Shown: piece after piece, positions 48,881 to 62,058 of the stretch
How positions within the stretch are numbered: position 1 is the stretch's first letter
Layout of the letters: every line of letters begins with the position of its first letter
DNA from: Lingula anatina
Lineage: Eukaryota; Animalia; Brachiopoda
Reading direction: 5' to 3'
Assembly (NCBI GenBank): GCA_051362555.1
Contig: CM120644.1
Location: forward strand, 6,704,954 to 6,768,953
DNA length: 64,000 bases
The notes under the pieces: generated by a model
What the model saw: only the letters and a program-made list of their open reading frames with translations
What the model was told of the DNA's origin: nothing
Databases searched by the model: none
Translations under genes and position numbers: made by a program

Positions 48881-48950
48881 TATTCCATTGCTTCGTGACA
48901 CGTTTCCATTAACGCCGAAAAGGCAGGAATGCTGATCATGTAATAAGCAT
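48881..48950 (+). promoter_or_regulatory. Candidate SECIS-like RNA element
   Basis: GTGA(48895-98)-N12-AA(48911-12)-N21-GA(48934-35) with apical mini-stem GCC-GAAAA-GGC. Helix II is only ~6 bp and competing pairings exist. Confidence 0.35.
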
Positions 48951-51535
48951 TCTGAGTGGTCATTTTTGATGACTAAAACGTAAACTGATTGGACAGTTTT
49001 TCAGGTCTCCTCTGTGATAGTAGTGTAATATGTAGTACTGGCACCATTCACACTGAATTTATTGTGCTGTTAGTATAGAGTTATTGTAGTTAGTCAATTA
49101 GCGTGCTTACATCAAAAGACCATATCATCAGTATTACAGTCCCCCCCCCAGTGATGGATTAGGTTTTGAAATAGAGACCAATCACCTTGGCCCCCATGTG
49201 ATATAAAATTATTTTTTCAAGTAATATGAGGCCAAGGGATGTCTTTATGCAACCTAAAAGTCTGTTTAAACGCAGCCATTAGAGTGGATTGCTAACGCAA
49301 GTGGCACATAGTTACTGGGTAGTGTCAGTCATGTTACTGCTCCAGGTAATAAATACATCAAGGTAATGCCGATGATTACAATGAAATTCATGTCTAATGG
49401 ACTGAGTTAATTGCCTGTTGTGCACCTTATGTATGGGCTGCCAAAGGGTATGTGGGGGGTGTCAGATCTCGTTCATGTCTCACTCTTTTTCTTTACACCC
49501 ACATTTCTGTGCCTTTTACTAACAGTTTCACTTTCACTTTCACTTTGCATGGAAATGCAAGCAAGTCAGCTGATTCAGAGAAGTATATGCAACATTGATA
49601 TAATTCTAATAGTAGTTAGGATTAACATTTACTGAAAGTATTTATTTTTATGCAAAAAGTCAACATGTATGTGACTGTTATTTCCTATCATGTAGACGTG
49701 GTGGTTATATTATAATGGAACTGAGTTATGTACTTTACTGAACACTAGGGATTTATATATTTTATATAAAACTTAAATGCCTAGGTGATATATTACATTC
49801 CAGGCACTATAAGCCATTTATGATTAATAATTTATAGACATGTATCTAATTTAAAGGCAAAATGACATGAATGCAGTATATAACAATACTAATCATATCT
49901 TATTGTTTTCAAAATGGATGTTTTACTACAAGTCTGGGGTACATATGGAGTATTTAGGAAGAACATTGAGATAAAAAGTACCTACAAATTACAAAAGGTA
50001 TCATCTATCCCATTTTCATGACCAAGTTCCATGGCTAGTTATTTATTTTTTGGTTTCTTTTTCATAAAAGTGTTGTAAAAATAAGATTTTTTCACAATAC
50101 TTTAAATCATTACTTGTTATGGAAACCCACATGTTATCACAAATTTTCACTCAATCACATCATTTACTAACATCAGTTTCATGTTTTTTGTGTGTCACAG
50201 TAGCATGACCATTAGAATTCAAGAGAAAGAGAACCTCTCAAAAATCAAAATGGATAAAATGTGAAGCTAAAATTTCTGTTCCTTAAAATTGTAATGGGGT
50301 AGGCGGGGATTTGTTGGGTCTGATAGTTTCTAAATTTTGAGAATTGTGCCTTGTACAATGTTTCTTATGACCGTTTTGACTGCAGAGACATCTATAGGAA
50401 ACATCTGAAGACCCCTTTTTCAAAAATTGGAAACTTTCAGAACAACTCAAAATTCAAACATGATTTGTCTAGTCAGGTTTTGTTTTGTTTGATAGTGATT
50501 TTTTTTTTGTTTGTTTTGACCGATTTTGTTTTTAAAAAATGCTCAGAGTGATGCATGTACTGTAGCTTTTTGTTTGTTGTTAAGTTTGTCTTCGTGTTTA
50601 TGTCCTGAAAGTTTAAGTGTTGATGTGCATGAATAATACTAGGGTAAATACTTTTTGTTGAAAAGTAAGGCTTAAAAATTCTGTTGTTATGCTCTTATGC
50701 AACTGAAAAAATACAACTATTTATATCATGTGTTCATACGAAATTTATATTTTTCTACTAAACACTAACTACTACATAGCCCACTGAGAATTTTAAGATT
50801 GGATAAATTTCAACTAACACAATAGGTTGTGCTACATACGAAATGCCATGGAGTCGAATCAAATTTAACATTGCTCAAGGAATGTAAAAAGAAAAAAAAA
50901 TGGTTATGCAAGTTTGTTTGCCAGTATTGTACATATTTTCTTGTCAATTACTGACATTGGCTGTGCCAATTTCTTTCAAATTGAAATAAATTTTCAGATT
51001 GAGTGAAAGAGAAACCAGTGGTTTACTTCTTTATTTAATAGAGCAATTTTTAAACGGGTTGAAAAATTAATTTGTGAAAATTAACGCTACAGTAAGTTAT
51101 ATGAAGTATGGTTTTGGCCTGCTGCACTTCTCTACTCAAAAATAAAATGATCAGCTTTGAAATTTGTGTTAGATGCAGCAATGCACAGTCTGGCTTACTT
51201 TGTCAAGAACAAGCCTAATGAAGGGAGTGTACGTAGCAGAGAACCTCTCTCCAAGGGTTGAATGCTGTAAAGTTCAACTTGTGAAATGCGGCATGTTGAT
51301 GTTCTGGAGATAATACACAGAGTTAAACTCACAAAGTCTTTCTCACTTTTTATTCCGTTTCATTCTTAATAACATTTGGAACTTCAAGCCATCTTTGGGA
51401 AAATGTTTGAAAACTCTTTTCTTGGAATGTGGAACATTTAGATGGACATCTTTTGAAAGATATTTAAATACTGTTGATAGATGTTTGAATATATACTTTG
51501 GATTTTGTTTAATAAAACTAATTAAATATATTGGA

Positions 51536-54500
51536 CTAAGAACCATCTTTTGGTAGATGTTTGAACACTGTTGACTCCATATCTTTTCTTGGTTGTGTTG
51601 GTGGCTTCATTTGCTTCATCATAAGGCGCCCATAATCTGACCCCTGAATTCCTGCCTCGCGCAATTTTTGCTCTAATCTCACTCTAGGGTCTGACGCAAC
51701 CTGGAGAAGATAGTTTTATATTTTAATTGTGACATGATTGTGCTCATGATTTACACAATATCTTGACTAATTATCCAGTGTGGTTTCCAAAATTAGCAAA
51801 TCTTGATCTCAGTCTTGGCTCTGATGTGATTTGGAAAAAACAGTTACTCGATCTACAATAAAAAAAGATGGCAAAAAAACTTAACTGTGGTTTCCAAAAT
51901 AAGCAAATTTTAGTCTCACTCTTTCATACCTCTTTTTTTTTCACTTCAAAATTATTTTGACAATAACTCATAAACAGTGGGTTACCTGATTTGCTGAAAA
52001 GCCAAGCATCTTGAAGAGAGGTTTCTGAATATTGATGTCTTCATCCCCTGTTACTCTACTGTGCCACGCCTGAGATAAAAAAGACAAATAAAAAGCAAAA
52101 AAATCATTAAATCAGGTATTTACCACAGTGCATTATTAGTTTCATTTAAATAAATTATAATTAATGGACATTTAAGCAAACAATTAGCGTTGATTACACA
52201 CTTTTATGGTTAAAATTCATAGCTTTCAAAATTTCTGTCAAAAACTAAAATTAATCAGAACAAAAAAAGAAATTTTCCAGCATCCATTGGAGAGTGGGTT
52301 GGGGAAGGCAGGAAAAGAGAACAGGAACAGGGTGTAAGTTAATATAAAATTATCACCTACCTCAGTGTCATTCCATATCCTCTCAGGATCACTGGCCACC
52401 ACAGGACGCACCTTGAAAATAAAATAATTATTACTTTAGTCTACTCTTTAAGATTGCAAAAGTCAATATAAAATTCTCTGGCTTTTCCTTAAAAAGAAAC
52501 AAAGGGAGGGGTTTGGTTTTCCTCCAAATTAGTAAAGAAAAGATTAAAACAGTTAGCTGAACAAAATGAGCAAAATGTCAGATTCTTTCATTTATTATAA
52601 TGAGTGAGTTATTCAATCTAGTAAGTATTTGTACACCTTGAAATAACTGTGTATAAATATATTTCAAATCTTTTACAAAATAACTTCCTAATCAAATTCT
52701 TATTTTCGCTTTAGAACCAACCTTTTCCCTGAGAGCCTCCAATCTCTGTTCCCTCTCCTCCTCATCTCTCAGCCTGTCCTGCTCCTTCTCATACTTAGCT
52801 ATTTCTTTCTTAAATATCTGCTCCTCACGGAACTTAACTCTAGAAGAGAAAAATTTATAACCGTTTTATTTCAAAATGATTAAACCTAAATTATTTTGGG
52901 GTGAAACACTGGCTCTTTTGGTCAGGAGGTTGCCATAACAACAACAACAACAACAACAACATCAACAACAAAAGATAAGTTCTGTATTATATTTCAACAT
53001 GCCATACCTTTCTTTATCATGTACTGCTTGTTCTTGTAGAATTTTCTTCAACTCTTCCATTCTTTTTTGTTCGTCCTCCCTTCTCTTTCTCTGTTCTTCT
53101 TCTTGCTGTATGTGGTACTTGTTCAGCTGAAATGGCACCATAAAATATATACTGTATAAAAAAAAATCAACATAAAGTAATTAGAAAGAAAAGATTAATC
53201 ACTAAGCCAAAAGCAAAATACAGCTGTAATCTCTTTACATAATTGTTGTATAGAAATACCAAAGCACAGCTTATAAATAACTTTGAAATTCTTTTAAACT
53301 GTATTTGTCATTAATCAACCTTAGTCAACTCTTTACATGCAAATGAAATAAAACATTCTTCTTTCTAAATCTTAAAATTCCGTCAAACCTTTTCCTTTTG
53401 CTCTTGTCGTTTCTTCTTCTCTTTTTCTTCTTCTATTTTCATCAGTTCCTCCTGTTCTTTCCTCTTCCTCTCTTCCTCCTGTTGTTCCAGCCACATCAGC
53501 TCCATCTTCTGTTCCCTCCAACGCTGCACCTAACACGACGAGTGGAAAACAAGAAAAGGTCTACTATTCTTATTTGAACATTTCCCCAAAACATGCTTCG
53601 TAGGTCTACATATCCTGCAAAGCTTCTAATCTTTCCAATTTCAGACCTTAAAAACTATCCCCCCCCCCCCCTAAAATAAAAGAACACTGTGAGTGGAAAA
53701 CAAGAAAAGGTCTACTATTCTAATTTGAACATTTCCCCAAAACATGTTTTCTTAGTCTACATATCCTGCAAAGCTACTAATCTTTCCAAATTCAGCCCTT
53801 AAATCTATAAATCCCCTCTAACATAACTACCTGCACTTAAATGGTATACTGTGAGAGTGGAAAAAAAAATTGGCAAGTAATACCTACATCTCAGACACAT
53901 TAACTTTGTCTTTTTCACACTCACACCCACAGAGTAACTCACCTTGTCATAGAGAACATCACAAAGCTCTTTCTGCTTCTGCTTGAACTCGTTTTTCACC
54001 TCCTCCAATTCCTGGGCCATGCAAACTTCGGCAAAGGTGGCGCTGGCCTTGGTGAGCAGCTCCTTCCTGTCCCGCAACCAGTCCAGCATCAGAGCTTTCT
54101 TCCTGTCATGGTAATATTTGTGTCTTGTACACCAATCTTCATGATCAACCTGACACACAAAGTAGAAGCTATTTTACCAATTGAGGGTTGTTTAAGTAGT
54201 TGCTGAAAGGAACTTTGTTACCACTTTGTTACCTATCCACATGAATGATAAACAAACATCTATGTGTCTAATGAAGTGATCTCGATTTTTTTACCAAATC
54301 TCCACAGTTAAAAAGAGGTGCAAGGGAATTATGCATGGTTTAAAATAGCAAGAAGAAAATAAAACAAACACACAGTTTTAAGTGTAAATTCTTATGTAAT
54401 CTGAGTACTCCTAAAAATGAAAAATAAAAAATAATCATCTTAAAAATGTTTAAATACAGTTTAAACAAAATAACAATAATCCTTACCAGTTCTTGTCTAG

Positions 54501-57008
54501 ATTTCCCAGGAAAATGTCTCTTCAGTCTGTCTATGTACAGCATTCTTCTGTTGGTCATGTCATGGGGGTATTGCTCTACTATAACTTGGAACAGATAATG
54601 ATCCTCCTCACTCCAACCTCCCCTCTCTGACCTATAAGTATACAGCTTTAATAATAATAAGAACAACAACAACAGTAATAATAATAATAATAATTTATTG
54701 GGTCTCAGATGAGTAGGATTGACCAAGGTAAAAGTTTAGTTTTTTTTTTTTTTTATTAAAAAACACCTGATATCCTTAATCAATAAAATCAGCTGACTTA
54801 ACAATCTATATTCAAACCAAAAACACAGGGGAAGGAGGATCCAAAATATCACCCCCACCTCCCTACCCCCCCCCCCCCCCAACCCCACCCTCCTCGATAT
54901 CCTAGAATCACCAGTATGTATGGACATATAATTTTGTAATCCAACTCAATTAATGCAGCCAAATCCTTTTATCCACAGGAATCAACTGTAACAACAATTT
55001 TACCCTAAAACCTGTGCGTGTTCCTGCTCCAGGTCCTCCAGCCTGGCCCTGTGCTGTTCATCTAGGAGGATAAACTCCTGGAGGACCGAGGCTTTCAGGT
55101 CAAGGTCAGGGCACTCCAGTTCAAAGGCCTCCATGGGGATCCCTCCTTGCACCTTCCTCTCATGGGTGTGGCACAGTTCTGCCAGCTCACCTGAAAGATT
55201 GAGATAAAGTTAATATTTATATGATTTGTAATATACTGTTATTGTAGAAAAAAAAAAGGATGGGGATGTTTACCCTCTTAACATTTTTGTGTAACTGGCC
55301 TTCAATAAATATAGTAAATTTATTATTGTTATTATATGTAAAAATTATGACAATTTGACTAACTGTTGTAGGGTCTCAGTTAAAAAGAATGTTGTCGGGT
55401 CTCAGTTAAAAGAGAAGAAAAATAATAGACTATCGTTATGGTAATAACTTTGGAATGAACTATCCCCAAGGGGATTCTCGCTTAATTGCAATTAACTTGG
55501 GTGGTTTAGATGTCTGTCACACTTGCTGAGGCTGATAGAGAGTACTTAACTATCACTTAGCAGCTTTAGTGGGTGTCCCAGATGTATAAGTCTTAAGACG
55601 CTGGGGCTGAAAGCAGTTTAGCGAGGGACCCATGTAGATGGACCAATCCTGTTAGATCGAACTAGTGATGGCAACCCAGTCTAAGTATATATGCGAAATG
55701 CAACTCCATTGGCATAAATTCCTGGTGGTTTTGCTAAAAATCCATTTTTGTCCCAAGTTGTTTTACAAAGCATGCAACCCACACACCCCCTGCCTCTTCC
55801 ACCTACCTGAGGACAACTCCTGCTCCAGTGACAGCTGTTCATTGAGTAATTTCTCCAGTACTAGCTCCTGCTGGCTATTAACAGAGGCCACAGTTTCTAG
55901 AATTGCCTTGCGCTCTTCCAGGACCGACTCATCGTCTTCTTTGGTGTCATTCTGGTGCTCTACCACCCAGTATTTTAAGTCTTCCCTGTTGTTATGTGTA
56001 AATAAATAAAATAATCAATCAATTAATTATTAAATTAATGCACCAAGAAATCAAAAAGTGAAAGAACAAATGTTACAGTAAAACAAATGAAAAACATTTA
56101 AATTAACAAGAGAAAGATAAAAGAGTTTTAAAACTTTCAAATTTTTAAAATACAGTTCAACTTAACGCACTATTTGATAAAAAAAAAATTGATGAAAAAA
56201 TCTGTCATACACACCTGAGATTCCAGACTGGCTCAACCGTGTCAGTTTTAAAGTGATTGAAATCATTTACTATACTGGACTCATAGTCTTCAAAGTCCTG
56301 AAAGCTATGTGAACACACTGCTCCATCCTCTGCATTCTGCCTTATAAATGCTTCCATCTCAACCTGAAGTCTTTTCCTGGCATTGTTTAGCCTTATGAAT
56401 TCCTTCTGCCAAGCCAGTTTATGCTGCTTTATCAAGTTCTGATCCTTGTGCTCTTTGGAAGCCTGTTGGATCTTCTTGATTTTAAGAAGAGACTTGTGTG
56501 CTGCCATCTTTTTCACTGTCGCCAGGGTTTTAAGCTGTTCATAGTCCATGGCTCTATAGGTGGTGGTTTTGAAACCCTCAGTAAAACGTCTGACATATTT
56601 GTCTATTAAAAAAATGATGCATCCAATTACAAGCTGAATAAAGATTTACCTTAAGTGTCTTATTACACTTTTAATTTAATATTTTTAATCTTTACTTTCG
56701 TGTATCTGAAAACATATTTTTTTCTTTGAATGTGTATTTTTTTAATTTAGTATTATTTTCAAATTTGTACTGTACCTCTGAAAATTGTTATGTCTTCTTC
56801 TCACATTTGATTATCATAGACATTGACCAATAGGCATGATGATGCTAATTCTGTTTAATACTCATGGTATTATTATTGTTGTTGTTGTTACAAGGAACAT
56901 GAATTTAATGTTAGTACCTTCTTCTTTTATCTTTTCCTTTGGAAAACCAGCCAGCTGGCTTTCTGTGCGATGGTTGGTCAGAAATGTCTTGTAATCTCTT
57001 CCACTCAT
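51536..57008 (-). CDS. CCDC148: Coiled-coil domain-containing protein 148 (~624 aa), 12 coding exons
   Basis: Exons 57008-56918, 56602-56215, 55985-55807, 55190-55004, 54631-54487, 54149-53943, 53529-53389, 53126-53008, 52839-52722, 52411-52361, 52069-51986, 51700-51536, all GT-AG and phase-compatible. Recognised from DYEQLK..IKQHKLAWQKE, LECPDLDLK, GGWSEEDH..YPHD, DPRVRLEQKLREAG..PRKDMESTVF. Confidence 0.88.
53540..53802. repeat. Local ~110-bp direct duplication in a CCDC148 intron
   Basis: gagtggaaaacaagaaaaggtctactattct...tctacatatcctgcaaagct occurs at ~53540 and ~53691. Confidence 0.85.
55427..55665 (-). mobile_element. Diverged longer relative of the Harbinger MITE family
   Basis: Approximate reverse complement of ~60880-61140; shares ctatcccc..gggga, tttagcg and tagatcga motifs with the young MITEs. 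Confidence 0.55.
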
Positions 57009-58768
57009 GTTGTTGAGAATGGCTGTTTACCTGAAGGCGAAAAGAAGAATATTATTTATTTACTAAAATTAATTAATTTTTTAAACATTATCAGCTGATT
57101 AAACTGTCGTCATTTCCAGTTCAAACCGACCAGATTAAGCGACATTTTGGTACTATTGTCTATTAATTTCATCCCTTTAGATGTCATGCAAAATTTCACA
57201 GGAGCAAATGCAAAAGAATCTATACATACCTAAACTTGTATCAGTTCTTCAGTTTCTTCAGTCAGTTCACTCACAGAGAAACGGGAGCCAATGGCCATTG
57301 GGTGTTTGTCATCGTAAAATGCTGTGAAGGGCAAATAATCATTTGGATTAAACAGGTATAACAATGAATATATTCAACCGAGTCACACTTTAAACCACAC
57401 ACTATTCAATACAGGAGTAACTAAGAAAAAATGACGACCAAAACAAAAAATAAGTATACCGGAAGCGGCCATAAAAACGGTGCAGGCTGGGATAGCTACC
57501 CAAGATATAACTAATGCTAGAATTAAACCCAAATAATGATTTATTAAACACTGACCCATTTTAATACTTACAAATCCTACCGTCAGCACAATCTGTCACA
57601 AAGCTCTTTTATTTTAGCATATTTGCCACAATTCTATAACATTTTTGCTCTCCTGCTAAACCATGTTTTAGGATTGTCTTGGGCTTCCATGTCATCACTC
57701 GGAGAATGAAGAGCGTGGAGATCGGAGAATGTAGGTGCAGTTTCTTTACTATTTCCATCACTTGTACGATACTTTAAGTATTGCAGTTAACTCCCCGGAA
57801 AACTCATTTGAAAATGTAGTTTGAAAACAATTTGATGCACTGTTTTAGTACCGTGGTGATTGGATTCCCAGGGCTTCTTCATTGCAAGAGTCGATTTCGC
57901 CGACAGTCGCCTTCATTGACGCTTCAAAGTCTACTCGTACTACGACCTGGCTTTTGATTCTAGAAAATTAATCCCCCTTAATGCCATCAATCAAAACTTA
58001 GCCGCAGGTGTCTTTCATCAATTAAAAGTAAAAGTCGATATTACGCCAGTTTGTATTCTGATTGAGATGCTATCGGCTTAGCCTTTTCCAAATTTATGAA
58101 ACTGCTGCCGGGCACTTTAAACACGCTTTAATTAGTAATGAGCATAAACCATCGGTTTATTAGAAGACAAAAAATCTTATTGGGAAGAAATGCTGTTTTG
58201 TTTTGTGGCTTGATCTGATTAGGTGGAAACGACCATCTTACGATATTAAGAACTTAGAATATTAACTTTTTCACTACACACTTATTGGCTTCCACAGATG
58301 TAAATTTTGATAGGTGTGGTTGTGTGTGTGTGTGTGTGTGAGAGAGAGAGGGAGGAAGTGAGGGAGGGAGGGAGAGGGAAAGAGTGAGATATGATGATGA
58401 TGCTCATGAGTAAAGACAAACTTTTCAGCGTGTTCCCTCTTTTGACTATGTTCATCCTACACAGTATGTTTATAGAAAAAATGAATAAAAGGGAACAGTC
58501 TGCTATTTGATATTCAGGTAGTTGATGCAGCTAAAATATATCAGTCACTGATTAGTTACTACTAGTATATGTGTTTGCTTTTCTCCATAATCTTATCTCA
58601 CTGGTCTATATATATATACAGATATATTTACATTAGGCTGCATTCAGATGATGGCTCAGTGTAAAATATTTAAGTTGTTACCTCAAGCAGTAAAATCTTG
58701 GTTGTGCACCCTTGCATTCATGTCCAGTTTTGCTACTAACCACTACTGACCACTTACTGGCACTGTTA

Positions 58769-59313
58769 GAACGCATTCTCAATGAATTAAGCCAGGCTTT
58801 ACAAAGCCGGTGACCTAAAAATGGCAGACGTACATGAAAGAAAAACCACCTAATCTTTTGATAGTCTCTCCGCCTCTCACACGTCGTCCGTGCGGGGTAC
58901 AGTAATTAAATCTCTGCTCCGTTCGCCATGCGGAAGCTACCTGAGAAATATTAAGTGCGCATGCTCATCAGTTAAACTCGTGGTGAAGAAAGCATGGCGG
59001 CTGAAGGCGATCGAAGGAAAAAAGCTCTTCTGTTCTATTATCTTTGAAAACAGAGAGGAAAAAGGAATAATTTGGCCCGTAGAGCAGCAATGAATCGACT
59101 ATCTACGGAGATAATATCACCAGCGATATTCACGGAAATATTAATGTTCGGAGCAGAGATTTAATTACTGTACCCCGCAGGGACGACGTGTGGGGAGGCG
59201 TGTGAGAGGCGGAGAGACTATTAAAAGATTAGGCGGTTTTTCTTTCATGTACGTCCGCCATTTTTAGGTCACCGGCTTTGTAAAGCCTGGCTTAATTCGT
59301 TGAGAATGCGCTC
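58769..59313. mobile_element. Foldback/MITE with ~155-bp terminal inverted repeats (545 bp)
   Basis: 58769-58921 is the near-exact reverse complement of 59149-59313; flanks are TTA and GTA. Confidence 0.9.
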
Positions 59314-60879
59314 GTAAACCCATTGATTATTGGTATATTATATAGAGAGAAAGGTATTTACTGGAGTTTGCCATCCAGTATCTGCATCTATATTTAAGTG
59401 TGGTTTAGTAAAAACCATTGTGACTGCAACCTCAGGCAGATGTCTAATTTTTTTGTCAGTAGCACTCCTATTCACGTTTTCTGTATTTACTGAGGGGACT
59501 GAGTGCTATATACAGAGGCAGTCCAGAAGCCATGAGATGAAAATTGTGTAGGTTTAAACTGTGTTATTCATATACTAGTACTGGTACTGGCTTGATGTAA
59601 GCCAGGTTACGTGGGCCTAGTAAAGTCCACTGTGTGCATTAGTAGTCTGCTACTAAAATGTTGAAAAGCACCCTGTGCACTAATGAGACTTTTTGGACTT
59701 TTGTCGGAATTCTGACTTTTTCAGGGTCATTTGGGTTATTCTTGTGAATCGTGTACCCTGGACTCCCAGACAGTTTTCCTACTTTTTCAGTGAGGACAGG
59801 TCTCATCCCTGTCTGTGATATTTTGAGCCATCAACGGGAATGCGTTCCTTGCCAGACATGATACCCTTTCAATGTATTTGTCATTGGGGGGCAATTTGAC
59901 ACCTAAGTGCAGAACTTTACATTATCCCAGGCAGTTAAAGTGCATGAATTCTCCTAGGGCCCCACAGTGTGATTTTGTATCGTATTTTAGGGGGCTCTGA
60001 TATTTATCAGAGGGTTGTAAAGATGATGGGGGGACATTTTTTTTTTTTTTTTTCAAATTTAATTTAAATTTATCCAGGTCAAAACTTGTTGGCTTTAAGC
60101 ATGAAAGTTGAGGATATTGAAGAGAATTGAGAATTTCAGTAACGGAGCCTGAGCTACGTCTGGTGTTGAAATAATATTCACCTCCTGTGTCTTTCCGAGT
60201 CTAGATTTATAGTGAATATTATATAAAAAATACAAGCAGGAGTGTCTGAGGCTGAATTTATAGACTAACAGACATGCTAACACTCATATGGCTTACTACA
60301 TGTATATTAGTATGCAGTTTGTGTTTAAGGAAATACACAGATTTGGCTTCTTTTAAAATCCATTTGTCATTGAATGGGATTATGGTACCCTCAGTTCAAT
60401 AGTTTTGATTTAGTGCTTGTTCTTCAGTGTAGTAAATTAAAAGTGAGTGTTTTATGAGGGAATGTCAAAAGATAAGAGTTGATTCTAAATGACTGAGAAT
60501 TTGTGTCCTTTTTTTTTTTCGACAGTTTTAAAAAGTATTTTATGATATTGTGCAGCAGTGCACACTCAGATTTTTATGGGATGGACCATTTTAGCAATTT
60601 CAGCATTGTTGTTTCATATTATGTGAGGTGAGATGAAATATATTAAAACCAGTGATATAAATAAGTGTAGCAATGAATTATTGATGTCTTCTTAGGTAAG
60701 CTATTGTGCATATTATTCATGAAAACTAGCATGAATACAATAGAGTACTTGAGCTCCACTACTTAAGATTAATACAGATGTCAGAGACATCACAGTGTCT
60801 CATACAGCTACCATGCAAGACTTCCATAAGGAAGATAACCTGAAACCTGTGTGTATTACATTATGGCGAGGTTGACTAG

Positions 60880-61140
60880 GTTCCCATACATACAGCGATC
60901 TAACAGGACCGATCCATCTCCAAGGGGTTTCTTGCTAAATTGCTTTCAGCTCAAGCTGCTTAAGATTTGTATAGTATGCCTACTGAAGCTGCTGAATGAT
61001 AATTAATTACTGTACTGCCTTGTAGCTTCAGTAGGTATGATGGACATGTAAGCCGCTTAAGTTGATTGCCATTTAGCGAGAATCCCCTTGGAGATAGATT
61101 GATCCAAAGTTAGTATGATAGTCTCTGGGAATGGTCTCTT
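60880..61140 (+). mobile_element. Diverged longer relative of the Harbinger MITE family
   Basis: Ends in ctctgggaatggtctc-tta; inverse homologue of 55427-55665. Confidence 0.55.
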
Positions 61141-61930
61141 ACATTATGGTGAGGTTGTGTGATGTAGGGAAGCCTAAGATAAAGACAGGCGGAATATTAA
61201 CTGGTGCTGTCTGACAAAGCTGCTCATCTAGAATAATGACCGTGTGTGCCGAAGTCATTAAAATTCATATACCACTACGTACTTAATGATTGAAATGAGC
61301 CTGGAGAGCCACCTGGAGTCCTCCTGTGTATTATGTCCCCCATCTAGGCACATTTAATCTGTTAACCAGATCACTGGAGTAATAATCCCCGTGAGCTGAC
61401 TAATTGGGGGAATTCTGCACAATTTGTTGCTTTGGTGCATCTTTTTTTCCTCCTGCAAAGTTGTGTACATGACATGTATGACTATGAATTATTTATGTAG
61501 ATTGACGCCAAATGCTTAACTTTGTCTCCGTGAAGCTGTTTAGCATATAGCTTATGAAATTATCTGTAGACTTCATAAAGCAGTGTATGGTGTATTTTTT
61601 ATTTGGGCACTGGAGACGAAATTGATAAGTTTGTTATTTGGTTTGGTTGACAGTTCTCTAGCATAAAAACAATATTAGGCTTTCTTTGGATGAGTTTTGA
61701 TTTTTCCCATCTTACAAAACCAGTGCATTAAAATTTGTTTGAAAAAATAGGTGAAAATAATTGCAATTTTCTCAAAATCAGTATTTGATGCACACATTAA
61801 CCAATATTACCACCTAACAATTTTGGTCTGGCCTTTCACATTTCTTCATGGCTATTTGCTTGTCTTAATTTTTTCACACTGATGCAGGGATGAAATTTGC
61901 AAAGTATTTATATATTAATAGACTTGACAG

Positions 61931-61961
<31 letters not shown>

Positions 61962-61988
61962 AATTTTACATGGGATATTTGAAGAAAA

Positions 61989-62058
61989 ACACACACACAC
62001 ATGCATGCATACATACACACACATGCACACACACACACACACGCAAACACACACACAC
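61989..62058. repeat. Interrupted (CA)n microsatellite
   Basis: Directly visible. Other simple repeats at 36246-36282 (CT/C), 52937-52970 (CAA), 54650-54692 (AAT/AAC) and 58320-58350 (GT/GA). Confidence 0.9.

Noticed and set aside
54340-54726. Poly-Leu signal-peptide-like ORF
   Set aside because: The Leu run comes from an intronic (AAT/AAC)n microsatellite read into a CCDC148 exon.
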